Origin: Amphiscolops sp. MND2022
Lineage: Eukaryota
DNA: 64,000 nt
Reading direction: 5' to 3'
NCBI GenBank assembly: GCA_964187785.1
Contig: OZ076409.1
Span: 86,492,001 to 86,556,000, forward strand
The translations under genes and the position numbers were made by a program. The notes under the pieces are model-generated. The model saw only the letters and a list, made by a program, of their open reading frames with translations. It did not search any database and was not told the origin of the DNA. Shown piece after piece: positions 25,594 to 37,568 of the stretch (its first letter is position 1; each line of letters begins with the position of its first letter).

Positions 25594-25628
25594 CGATACA
25601 CCTGAAGTGACCAAAATAGTTCTGCCCC

Positions 25629-25873
25629 TGTTGACGCAGCAGATACTGAAAGACGTTTTATATTCAAAAATTCTAATATTGAGTTCATTGATTATGATAT
25701 CGCACCAATTAAAGACACGTGCTTCTCATTGATGTTGTAAATTTGTTCACTCATGTAATCTGAATCATTCCTTTCTTCTTTCTTCACACTGTTCAGTTGC
25801 TGTAACTCTACTAAAAATAAAAGTCATCAGACTAATCACTTTTGCTCTCCCAAAAACAAAGACAATCACGACA
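25629..25873 (+). repeat. 5' LTR
   Basis: tgttgacgcagc...caatcacgaca, 245 bp, contains aataaa; no difference from the 3' LTR seen by eye. Confidence 0.97.
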
Positions 25874-25919
25874 TTAATTGGTGCCACTGCACCCCGAGAA
25901 GAACCAAATCAGCAACAAA

Positions 25920-27160
25920 ATGACTTCCTATGAAGGGAAAACGCTTCAGCAACTCAAGCGCTCTCGTTCAGCGATCACAGGAGTGATAACCAAGACGCTG
26001 ACAAAGACGCAACCAATTCTTGCCAAGGACAAAAACGACGTGACACCAGATGAGATTGCTGATTTGGAAGTCAGGCAAGCACTCTTCGAGCAGAAACTAA
26101 GTGAAGCTGAGCTTCTCAACGCAGCAATTTTGGAGCAAACCCCAGACGCAGACGACGAGGTACAGGAAGAACTCATCAATGCCAGTGAGTTTCATTGTAA
26201 CATATCTCTTGAGCTTAAAAGGATAGTGAAATTTCTCGAGCAATTCGTTGAACCTGGTCCCAGTCTTGAAAATGCTCCTGCTGCGGCAAGTGCGTCAGCC
26301 AATTGTGCAAGTACTCTCAAAATGCCAAAATTCAGCTTGCCAAATTTTGACGGACAATATCAAAACTGGACGCCATACTATGAACAATTCATGGCTTCGG
26401 TGGATAGTTCCAAAACTCTGCCAGACATTCAAAAATTCAACTACCTCAAATCTTCTCTTGTGGGCGAAGCTTCACAACTCATTTCATACCTACCTTTGTC
26501 GAATACAAATTACAAGATAGCGCTGAAAATTTTGATTGACCACTACGATAATCAGCGACTCATCGTGAACACCCATTTGGCAGCCATTTTCAATTTGAAA
26601 CCTCTGCAAAGCGAATCAGCATCACAATTACGAAAGCTCATAGTTGCATTCGAAGAAAATTTGATGGCCATTCAGGCTTTAAAAGTGGACGTTACTTCAA
26701 GTGATTTTGTTTGGGTTCACGTTTTGACCAAAAAACTAGATCCAGAATCCAGGCGGCAATTTGAACTGGATCATCCAGGAAAGGATCTCCAGACGCTACA
26801 GCAACTAACGGACTTCATAAATAGGCGAGTTCAAGCTTTGGAAGTCTCAGATACACGCAATTATCGAGTGAAAAATGATAAAATCAGTGCTATAACAGAA
26901 CGCACTTCAAAGGAGAATTTCCAGAATTCAATCACAGAATTATAAAGCCACGTTTGAAAAATGCTCCGTATGTTCGGCAGATCACAAAATTTTCAAGTGT
27001 GAAAAATTCAAAACGTTTGATTTCAAGGCAAAGAAAGCTCTTGTTTTCAATTCCAAATTGTGTTTCAATTGCCTCCAAGCAGGTCATCTTACAAAGGATT
27101 GTAAATCCAAAAGCACTTGCAAGGTTTGCAATGGTAAACATAATTCCTTGCTTCACAATG
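25920..27160 (+). pseudogene. BEL/Pao gag (capsid-like region plus three Cys/His knuckles), frameshifted near 26940
   Basis: LKMPKFSLPNFDG...KFNYLKSSL.GEA; CSVCSADH..FKC, CFNCLQAGH..KDC, CKVCNGKHNSLLH. Confidence 0.9.
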
Positions 27161-30100
27161 AAAATGCTGGTACACGCATTGAAAGTACTAGCACACTTGT
27201 CTCCGGACAAGCATTGCTTCCATCTAATATTGGCATCTTACCAACAGCTATGGTTTCTATAGAAGATGACTCAAGCAATGTCATCAAATGTCGTGCTCTT
27301 CTAGACAGTGGCTCTCAAATGAGTCTCATATCGGAAGAAGCAGTGCAACGAATGAAGTTGAAGCGTCAAAAACAATCACTCAATGTCAATGGGAATGGCA
27401 ATGTTCACAGGACATAAAACTCTGGAATGGTTCTGTTGAAACTGAAATCTAAAACAGGAAAACCGTTAGAAGTCCAGGCTTTCATTCTTCCAAATTTGAC
27501 TCAGCATTTACCAAATAGGTCTTTCAAACCTACAGGCTGGCTGCAAATGAAAACAGTTGAGCTAGCAGATCCTCATTTCAATGAGAGGAAACCAATTGAT
27601 TTAATTCTCGGAGCAGACGTATTCGAGGAAATTATTTTGGATGGTTCTTTCAAAGAGGGAAATGGACTTCACTTCCGTAATTCCATTTTTGGATGAATCG
27701 CATCGGGCAACCAACCCAATCAAGAATCGTCTAGTGTTACAACTTCACTTTGCATAAATGAAACTTTCGATTAAAAAAAAGTTTTGGGAAATAGAAGAAA
27801 TTCCGAAAGCAAATCAATGGACAAATGAAGAACTTGCCTGTGAAAAACATTTCCAGGAAACAACTCAAATTGTTGAAAATCGATTTCAAGTATCAATGCC
27901 TTTCAAACCAGACGCTCGACCTTTGGGGGATACGTATGTCCAAGCCAAACGCCGTTTTCTCGGTTTGGAAAAAAGCTTAGAAGGTAACTCTAGCCTGAAA
28001 CAAGGTTATACAGACTTCATCAACGAGTTCATTTCACTACAACATCTGGAACCTGTTCCAGATGCCGAAATTGACAAGACAGACCGTCAAGTGAACTTTC
28101 TACCACATCACTGTGTTCACAAGGAGGATTCAACAACAACGAAACTGAGAGTTGTCTTTGATGGATCTGCAAAATCAACATCTGGTAATTCTCTCAACAG
28201 TTCCTTGATGATCGGGCCGACGGTCCAAGAAGACATTTTCTCGATTCTCATAAGATTCAGATTCCATAAAATTGCTCTTTCTGTGGATATTGCAAAAATG
28301 TATAGGCAAGTCTCATTGGATAAGGCCGGGAAAGATTTCCATCGGATACTTTGGCGGGATTCCGCAACAAAACCGATCCAGCAGTATCGTATGACACGAT
28401 GTACCTATGGAATAGCATCTTCAGCCTTTCATTGTACTCGTGCAGTGAAGGAAATTGGAGATTCATATGCTGACAAAGAACTCGGACACTCCATCAAGAC
28501 CGATTTCTACGTTGATGACTACCTATCTGGAGCCAATTCCATCACAGAAGCTAGAACGAAAATAACAAAGGTTTGTGATGAACTCCAGAAGTATGGAATG
28601 CAGCTTCGTAAATGGGCCTTAAGTCATCACGAAATTACCACAGAACTGCCTGCGGAGCTCCGCGAAAACGTGGACATTGCAAAAGTAATGCATGAAGACT
28701 ACAAAATCAAAACGTTGGGAATTTCGTGGAAACCCAACACAGACAAATTCTACTTCAATACAGATTTTGCAGAGCGAAACAAGCTGACAAAGCGGGAGCT
28801 CCTCTCATTAACGGCGAGACTCTTCGATCCAATTGGTTAGTTTGGACCCATTGTAATTAGATTCAAGATACTACTGCAGAAAATTTGGGTTCTTGGGATC
28901 AGTTGGGATGAAACTTTGCCATCGGAGATCCAAGAGCAATGGAATCAGATGAAAACGGACTTGAAAAGTTTGAGACATTTCTCGTTGAATCGATGCATAG
29001 TTCCCCCAACGAAAATTCAAACCGTACAACTGCATTTGTTCTCAGATGCATCGGAGCAGGCATACGCAGCTGTAATCTATGCGAGGATGGAGGATACGAA
29101 TGGTTTCGTCACTGTGAACCTCATGACAGGAAAGAATAGATAGGCACCCATCAAAACAGTATCTCTTCCGCGTTTGGAATTGTGTGGTGCTCATTTGGGA
29201 GTCAAACTTTTGTCCAGGGTTGAAGAAATTCTCAAACTAACAAGTCTACCACACCAAGAAGTCTTTGGTTGGACCGATTCCACGATTGTGCTTCAACGGC
29301 TGGCACAACTTCCACGAACTTGGACAACATTCGTAGCTAATCGAGTGTCTGAAGTGCAACAAATATTGCCGAGAGCGAATTGGAATCACATTTCTTCATC
29401 AAGCAACCCCGCTGATTGTTCACGAGGAGCAAGGCTTGAAGTTCTTCAATCCTCCAGTCTGTGGTGGAATGGACCCGAATGGCTACAAAAATCGCAAGAT
29501 TCTTGGCCAAAATCCAAATTACAATTAGCTGAACCAATTGAAGTGAGACTCAAAAATGCAAAAATCACTGCATCATCAATTTCACTCACAGTCACACAAT
29601 CGACATTGCTTTTCCGACATGATCGATACTCGAGTTTTTCCAAACTTATTCGGGTAGTCGCAACAGTTTTCATCGCCATGGAGAAGCTCAAGAGAGTCAA
29701 CCGTTCATCTGATGTAACTGCGGCAGACATGATCAAAGAATGCGTCAAGTGCAGTCGCTTCGAAAACAAAATACCTTATCAACTCATGGCCGACTTGCCG
29801 GCTGAAAGGATAACACTGGCAAAACCCTTCGAAATATGTGGTTTGGATTTGGCAGGGCCAATATATACTAAACCAGGAGTAAAAACGTACATAGCTATTT
29901 TTGTTCGCTTCGTTATCAAAGCAGTTCACATTGAATTAGTAACAGATCTAACGAAGGATTCATGTGTTTTGGCTATTCGGAGATTCATTTCCAGACGCGG
30001 CATACCTAGAAAAATTCTCAGTGACAATGGAAAGAACTTCATTGGAGCTAGGAATGATATCATGAAAATACAAGAAATTCTCGCAGTGGAGAACAACAAA

Positions 30101-30721
30101 AAATCAGTTGGAAGTTTCATGGCGCAAGAAACAATTGAATGGGAAATGATTCCGCCCAGGTCACCGCATTTCGGAGGATTATGGAATGCTTCAGTGAAAA
30201 GTATGAAGCGTCACCTCCGCAGAGTCGTAGGTCTTCAAGTCCTTTCATTTGAAGAGCTGAATACATTGGTAATTGAAATAGGAATTCTAAATTCCCGACC
30301 TTTGTCTGCAATGTCCAGTGACCCAAACGACCTTCAGCCGATTACCCCAGCACATTTTCTTCTAGGTAAACCGGCAAAAGATATACCTACAGTTCGTGAA
30401 TGTGATGCAAAAATCAACTTTGGACAGAGATTCAAGTTACTCGAAGCATCTAAGCGGTCATTTTGGAAGTCATGGTATCGAGATTACGTGGTAACCCTTC
30501 AGATACGCAAAAGATGGCTTCAATCGGGCCCTAGCTTCCAACAAGGCGATCTTGTCTTAGTGGCAGAAGACAACATGCCCCCCTTGCGATGGAAAATGGC
30601 AAGAATCGAGCAGTTGTACTCTGGCAACGATGACATAAACAGAGTTGCGAAACTCAAAACTGCAGTTGGTCAAATAATAAGACCTCTAGTCACGCTCAGG
30701 AAGCTTCCTATTGAATCCTGA
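27161..30721 (+). pseudogene. BEL/Pao pol (aspartic protease, RT, RNase H, integrase), disrupted
   Basis: ALLDSGS; FYVDD; FSDAS; DLAGP/SDNG. In-frame stops at 27415-27417, 27694-27696, 28838-28840 and 29141-29143, frameshift ~27775, missing His-His half of the integrase HHCC near 29730, GGLWN in place of GGLWE. Confidence 0.93.
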
Positions 30722-31389
30722 TATGGTTTCTTGAAGCAAATCGTACCTCGAAACACTTTAATAATCGTATTTATTGGCATTTGTCGTTCTACCGACAAGA
30801 AGTTGACCAAAGTTTTTCGCATCCCCTTTTGAGATTATCCATAGCAGCGCTCTGGGACTTACTTTAAATTGTACAGGAGACTCTCTGCTACAACTTCTTG
30901 GAAACCGAATTTTTAATTTCGGATTTTATCTTATTTTCTGAACCCTCAAAGTTATCACCTATTACCCTCTCTTCAGTACTATTGAGCAGCTACAAAATTA
31001 TTTTCATGTTTAAAAGTCATCCAAGAGGTCATATAAACGAACAAACGTAACAGAAATCAACCTGAAACAGAATGGAGCGTGACTAACACTGTGAATGACT
31101 CGGCAGCGAAAAGATTGGATCAATCGATAAACCGCAACGTACTGGTTCGAATGAATCAGGTAGTTCATGCGTCGACAACGTACTATTCCATTAAGGTTTT
31201 GTTCAATTTCTGAATACCTTACTACAATTCACTCAGTCATTCGATTTATTCACGTGAGCTGGCACACTGTTGACTGCTATGGTCATCAAAAAATCAAACG
31301 TTATTCAATGAACGAAAGTAATTTCTGAAGATCAAATTTTGCTTGATCATTACAAAAAAATGTTCCGGTAAAATGAAATTATCATTTGG

Positions 31390-32652
31390 TTACTCGCTGG
31401 TGGCATTCCAAATTTCTACCCAAGCAGCAACAGGGAGTTCTTCATCATCAGAATCGAGATCAGTCAACGTTGGACAATCTTGACGTCCGCTTTCTGATAC
31501 TGATTGACCAAAATTAGCCAATCGTCGATTGTTCAAGGACTTTCTTTTCAGGCGTTTGATCGAACTCAAACTCTCTTTCAAGTTATATTCATAGCGATGG
31601 AAGGCTTCAAGGTGCTCCACCATCTCTTTTCTAACAAGGAATGCCCTGACAGTCTTGGATTCCGAACAGACTGCAGACGTTTCGGACGATTTTTCCTGCA
31701 CATATTTCTTCCAATCAGACAACGCTTTTCTCCAGTACTTTATTCTGAGAAGCTTAATCAGACGACCCAAGGACATCTGCACAAGCCACTGCAGGATAAA
31801 GCCCCGTTTGACGCGGCTGCAAAACCGATCTATTACCAAACTTCCACGAAGATGGTCAGACACATTCAAACCCTCCCAGCCGTGCACAAGAGACCAACTA
31901 GTGCTTCCATCGGCAGCCGATGTGCGACCAGTCAGAACACAATGTGCAAAACAAGGAGGTTGAATCAGAAGGTCACCAGGTTTCGTCAAATGATAACCGA
32001 GACCACGACAGAGCTTTTCATCATTACCATACTTTGCTCGGTCCATCAATAAATGATGAAAGTCTTTGAATGTTTGTATCCCATATAGAAAACGAGAAGA
32101 TTCAATATTGGAAGCAATGAGCCAGAGTTTTCGCCCGGACTTCAGCTTAGCAACACTTTCGGCCCCTGCGCTTTCTATATGGCCACTGGTGAACCAAGGA
32201 CCCTTTATTGCTAAAAGAGCCTTGGAAGCAACTGAAATGTAAGAAGGCACGTCGACGCGTACACAGTCATCACTAAGTTCGAACGAGACTGTTCGACTAC
32301 CTTCAAAACCTTTGTTATCCAAACCTGAACTGGTAGTGTGGACAACAGCATCAAATCTATTTTTGACTGATTCGAACAAAACATGGCCATGATTCCAGAA
32401 AGCTTTCACTTGAGGACTCAAGTCGCACAGAGTGTCAGCAAGAAGTCCACGGATGACAGTTGGAATGCTTGGAAAATTACTCACCCAATTCAGAGCATTA
32501 AAAAGCACCAAAACAGGAAGTATTCCCCGAGCCTTCCAATTTCTGCCATCATTTTCCTCAGCCTCGAAGAAAATATCTTCTACATCATTTTCAGCGGCAA
32601 CAAATTGCGACGCAGACTGACCGTCAACACTTTCCCCAGCAAGAAGATTCAT
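31390..32652 (-). CDS. JmjC-domain (Fe(II)/2-oxoglutarate dioxygenase) protein, 420 aa, antisense cargo inside the BEL/Pao element
   Basis: Uninterrupted ORF; WFTSGHIE (T155, H158-x-E160), SGRKLWLI (K175), KPGDLLIQPPCFAHCVLT (H237), then SLVHGW, in the order and spacing of JmjC cores; gccATG start. Confidence 0.8.
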   Translation of the reverse strand: MNLLAGESVDGQSASQFVAAENDVEDIFFEAEENDGRNWKARGILPVLVLFNALNWVSNFPSIPTVIRGLLADTLCDLSPQVKAFWNHGHVLFESVKNRFDAVVHTTSSGLDNKGFEGSRTVSFELSDDCVRVDVPSYISVASKALLAIKGPWFTSGHIESAGAESVAKLKSGRKLWLIASNIESSRFLYGIQTFKDFHHLLMDRAKYGNDEKLCRGLGYHLTKPGDLLIQPPCFAHCVLTGRTSAADGSTSWSLVHGWEGLNVSDHLRGSLVIDRFCSRVKRGFILQWLVQMSLGRLIKLLRIKYWRKALSDWKKYVQEKSSETSAVCSESKTVRAFLVRKEMVEHLEAFHRYEYNLKESLSSIKRLKRKSLNNRRLANFGQSVSESGRQDCPTLTDLDSDDEELPVAAWVEIWNATSE

Positions 32653-32706
32653 GGCAGTTTCTGAAAAAAAAATTCATTGAATCCACTTGCTTCAAGGGGA
32701 GCGGAA

Positions 32707-32951
32707 TGTTGACGCAGCAGATACTGAAAGACGTTTTATATTCAAAAATTCTAATATTGAGTTCATTGATTATGATATCGCACCAATTAAAGACACGTGC
32801 TTCTCATTGATGTTGTAAATTTGTTCACTCATGTAATCTGAATCATTCCTTTCTTCTTTCTTCACACTGTTCAGTTGCTGTAACTCTACTAAAAATAAAA
32901 GTCATCAGACTAATCACTTTTGCTCTCCCAAAAACAAAGACAATCACGACA
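32707..32951 (+). repeat. 3' LTR
   Basis: Same 245-bp sequence as 25629-25873, preceded by a polypurine tract and followed by TSD gcccc. Confidence 0.97.
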
Positions 32952-32966
32952 GCCCCAATAGACTCA

Positions 32967-33626
32967 TTTTTAGTCGGCGCATTTTCTCTTAATCTAAAAA
33001 GCCCGACTATTACTGTTTCTATTACAGCGAAAACGCATCTAAGTGCAAAGGGTCGCCTCTCATTTTCCCCCTTTTTCAACGTACCATATAAAACCGAACG
33101 AGACTAAAGAGTCCTTTTCATTTTTTTTGGCTGTGAAATTTTTTTCGAATTTTTTTCTCATGTCTTAGGTCCCCCATCAATTTTCTGATATTTTGCAACA
33201 AACTGGGTTTTTAGAAAGCCCAAAGGGTCCCTCTCCTCGTTTACAATTTTCGGCATTGTGAGATTTTTTAAAATGATTGTTTTTCATTTCGAAATTTGGT
33301 TTTTTCAGTGAAGAACCAGCACGCTATATCCGAGTTTTTTTTCAAGATCGACGTTTTTTTTCATGCGACTTTTCTAATTTGTTTTTATCAAAGCCCCCTC
33401 GACTTTTACTAGAAACGAAACGTTTTGCCAGCATAGAGGACTCCTTAGGGTTTTCGGCACTATGCGACAGTTTCCGAAAGAAAAAAATGAAAATGTTTTT
33501 TTTTGTTTCCAGTTGGGGAAAAAGTGGTTTCCGAGTCTTACCGAGCATGAAAGGCAATCTTTGGGTGTTTCAAAACGCTTTTTGAGCTTTATGTTCAGCG
33601 CCGATTTTAGAAGTTCCCGTCTTGTT
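32967..33626 (+). mobile_element. HINE-like family 2 copy
   Basis: tttttagtcggcgc...gcccgacta; 3' gcgccgattttagaagttcccgtcttgtt. Confidence 0.65.
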
Positions 33627-35797
33627 CCAATTGCTTTGTTACAATGTCTATCCACAGTGTATTGATTGCTCAAATTGGAGTCTAATTAAACCAAATTAAA
33701 TGTCACCAATAGGTTGATTATGTGAGGTGTTTAACAACCCTGTTTTTCAACTATTGTTTAAATTGGACATCGTTGGTCGTGATTTTCCCCGAGGACAAAG
33801 TATGTTTGCATAACTTAATGTATTGAGACCTTTATTAGTATATTTGTAACAGGAAACTACTAAAAATCTAATTATACAGTTGACTGGATTCTGCTGACAC
33901 TGTGGATACCAAAAGTACATAAATGAACGTCACATGGTCACCTCTTTTATTTGACGCTTTTTTCACCAATGTTTTTACACAGATTCCATTTCCCTGTGGA
34001 TGTGGGCGTCCAGTGAAGCCAATGCTGCTCTGAGGGACATCGTGATGAGATTCGCTGAGTTCGAAATATTGGTCGTCAAACTTCTGCAGGGCTACATGAA
34101 AAAGGTAGTGCACTATTTCGCCCCCAGTTGCTCTGGTGTAAAAATTCGACCTCATAAAATTTAGTATCCCGCCATTCTATATTTTATTCGTAGTGAAAAA
34201 CAAGTCATCCATGACCATATTCTTTCGGAAAATTCAGGGGAATGTAAATTCACGAATTGTCATTCCATTTTTCTTTCATTGAAAGGATATCAAAGTGTGT
34301 AGCAGCCTTATGAATGAATGACTGTCGCTTGAAAAAATGTGGTAAGCTGTCGGACCCAAGCGCATGGTATGGCGTTTAATATCTACCGAACTACGACATC
34401 AGTTGCAAAATGCATAGGTTCCAAGTTTTTGTATGTTGATCTCTAAATTTCCAAACAAAAATGTTTGAAATTTGAGATCAACTTTTTGTGATGTTTGATT
34501 CTTTGCAATCAACTTTAAAAAATCTATGAACTTTCAGTTTTTCAGTTTTTTGAAAATATTTTGTTTAGATTTTGGTCCCTTCTATCCGCGTCCAATTCAT
34601 TTTCCAATCAGGGGTCCAATTCATTTGTTACGGTTTCGTAATTCCTTACGAGGCAATGAATTTTCTTCGACTAGTTGAAACAATCATTATTTTTAGTTTG
34701 TGGAGCACAGAAGGGTACTCAAGCAAGTTGTAGAGGAAGAACAGAACGTAGCTGATGTCCGCAACCAACACGCAGATTTCTCCAAAAAAGCTGCCAAACT
34801 TTCATCCAAGGTACTATTTCATCAAATCTGATGCGATATATACACTAGGGTACCAAAAGGCTGAAGACACTCAAATTCACGAGCGAAAATTTCAAAGTGT
34901 TCGTATTCATTTGACACAAAAAAAGTCTCAGAAGCAAAAATTTTTCGAATTTTGATCAGAATTCCACTGTATTTTTTGTTCTGAAATCAAATAAAAATTA
35001 CAAAAGTTATCACTGTGTGTTAGTGAATTTTCGTTTTCGGAATGAATCATGCATTATCTCGGAAACATTTTAACATTTTACCTCAATGAAAATACCGTAA
35101 ATTTTTCTCTGTATAAACATAACTTTGACGAAATTGCAAATGTTTTAGTTGTTCATTTTTTATGAAACATTTTCACAAAAAGTGTTAGATATAAAAGAAC
35201 GGAGTCAAGGCTAGAAGATTGATGGTAGTTTTTCTTCTCACCATTAATTAAGATATTGTGCTGTGAAGTTCATAAAGTTCTCTGAAATTACCATGTGACA
35301 TAACTTTAAAAAAATTCCAAATAAAAAATATCGTTGTAATTGTAATTTTACACGAGGCTCGACCCACGAACTCCTGCTTTCCAGACATTAAGAAATCCGC
35401 GTTAACCTCTAGTCCAGTTAGATTTCACCAAGCTACAGCTAAGTGGGAGCTTATATTGATTATAAAATCTGTCAGTTCGTCGGTCTTGGAAAAAATTAAA
35501 AGTCACCACTATAGTCTGCTCTTTCTACGAAAGGGTCGACTAATAATCAGTTTTGCTCTTAAGACTTTTTGTTAAATGCATATCTAAAAAGTGATGTGCT
35601 TTTACCTGAAATGTTTGTTGTCTTTACTTTTTTGGTACCATATTGTACAAAAAATCAAATGACGAAAGTTGAATGTTGTTGGAATGAATCTCCGTGTTGA
35701 ATTTGAAATACAGAAGCAAATATCGCCAAAATTAAAGATTACGCGAAACACATTTGGGTTTTCATCTCTCGAAACATTAGCATCATTAGTATAGTAG

Positions 35798-36561
35798 GAA
35801 TCGGTATGCGGAAAACTCGTCGAAATTAAAAGGCCAGAAACTGGTCGAAAATTAACTCGTCGAATAATTGAGTACAGACTCGCCAAATAATTAGAGATGA
35901 CCCACAGTGCTAATTAGTGGATTAATTTTTGTTAATTGATGCGTGAAATTTCCAGTTTCAGGCATAATATAGCTTTTTAATTATATAATTGCTTGAAATG
36001 TTTCTTTTATATAGTACACAGGGTATCAGGTCAAAATCTAAGTTAAAATCTCCTAGACCTGGATCTCCTAGGCCATAATCTCCTAAATTGAATTTCATAG
36101 TGTGAAAGTAACTTTGATTGAGCATTAATAGCTGAGACATTCATTGAAAGATTATTACATAATTGACTAATGAGTGAAGGTTTGCAATTAAGTTCGACAA
36201 TGGTTGAAAATTGAGGTTAGCCTTTGTTCCTAATCGAACAGCTTTCCGCTTCAATTAAGTTGGCGAGTTGTTTTTCGATGAGTTTCTTCTATTCTAATTC
36301 TATGAGATGTTTACCTAGAGATTTAGGTCTAGGAGATTTTAACTTGGGAGATTTTAACCTAGGAGATTTTAACTTAGGAGATTTTGACATGTAACCGTTT
36401 ACAGTGCAGTACTTCATTATAATTTAGGACTATATTTGCCTGAGATTATTATCTGTTCTTGCGACGAGTTTTCCGCCGGAGAAATTTCGGCGAGTTGCTT
36501 TTCAACGAGTTTTCCGCCTAGTATTTTCGACCAGTTGTTTTCGACGAGTTTTCCTAGATTC
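35798..36561. mobile_element. MITE (gaatc..ggaaaactcgtcga TIR) with a second MITE nested at ~36019-36397
   Basis: Outer TIRs with possible GTAG TSD; inner IR gtcaaaatct..ttaaaatctcctag / ctaggagattttaa..agattttgac is absent from the homologous copy at 19039-19350. Confidence 0.65.
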
Positions 36562-36913
36562 GTAGAACTCTATGATTGCCTGATTCTCTACGAAAGGGTT
36601 CAATCCAAGTGATTGTTATACCTTGAGTTTTATTGAAATATTTTCCACAGAAGACTTCATTTGTCAAATATTGAATTGAATTGAAATTTTTTTTCGATTT
36701 TCATAATCAGCATGTCCATTGAACGTATCATGTGCTGCTCCGTGTAACTACTTCTAGCAAAGCTGAGTATGTTTCAGTTCGATCACCATGCAAAGAAAAA
36801 AGACAAAACAAAGCTGAAGAATCTGGAAAATGAGCTACAAATAGTAAGTTATCAACCCTTTTACCCTTTTTCCCATTCGTTCGTGCCATTTCAAGAAGCA
36901 TGTTGTGCGAAAG

Positions 36914-37568
36914 TCATTTATCTAATTGCATTGAATAATTGGGAGGCATAATATTCATGAGAGAGTCGTTTTGCATCTGCAACTGTTGATCTGCGATACC
37001 AGGGGCTGTCTGCGCGGCCATCGCGAACTCATTATACTTTTTGTCTTTCTCGTCGTAACCATCCGGGGAAGCTGTGGTTAACAGTCGCCTTTGTGCAGGT
37101 ACAGCTTGCAGAGTGCCTTCATCAGAACCTCGGCCCAAAGTAAGTCCAGAGCTGGTTATGTCAGGGTACTCGTTATGTGGTGGCGGGGGTACCGGTATGT
37201 AATGTCTCCCCCCGATTGTCATTTCTTGCCTAAGTCTCATGCTTTTCGGGGGTAGGGCAGGCGGAGAGCTGTGATCACCCCCATTCAAATGATGAGTCGG
37301 TGGGAAGTCAAACGTTTGGTCCGCAACACTTCCCTTTTCGTCCATATAGGAATTGGATGCTTGACCCTTAGACTTGCGAATGTAGAGGTCGAAGAGATTC
37401 AAGACTAAATCGGAGATGAAAACACTGCTTGTGTTTTTAGAAAGCATCTTTATGATGAACAGGCCATCGGATTTGAGGTACCCGCGAAGAAATCTTTTCA
37501 TGTATTTCTTTTCAACTGTTGAATTAAGGCGGCCCGAAAATTTCAAGTGTTTCCGGATGTAGTCGTAT
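36914..37568 (-). CDS. Innexin, last exon (C-terminal cytoplasmic tail)
   Basis: ttttgcag| acceptor; YDYIRKHL...KRFLRGYLKSDGLFIIKMLSKN, matching the innexin 'F...yL..DGvF.l..l..N' motif; phase matches the previous exon. Confidence 0.9.

Larger units (their letters stand above)
25629..32951 (+). mobile_element. BEL/Pao LTR retrotransposon, both LTRs present, gag-pol defective, with extra antisense ORF
   Basis: 245-bp TG..CA LTRs, 5-bp TSD GCCCC (25624-25628 / 32952-32956), PPT caaggggagcggaa before the 3' LTR, domain order gag-PR-RT-RH-IN with BEL/Pao signatures (FLPHH, TTKLRVVFDGS, FYVDD, HLFSDAS..AYAAVIY, RLELCGA, GLDLAGP, SPHFGGLW). Confidence 0.97.

Noticed and set aside
24165..25688. Cluster of short Lys/Phe-rich ORFs
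   Set aside because: All arise from family-2 repeat sequence; not genes.
31390..32652. Extra ORF as an env gene
   Set aside because: Antisense, no obvious signal peptide, C-terminal TM anchor or Cys-rich ectodomain; JmjC motifs fit better.
31504..32664. Plus-strand ORFs (182, 102, 93 and 62 aa) in the cargo region
   Set aside because: Shadows of the 420-aa minus-strand ORF with no motifs.
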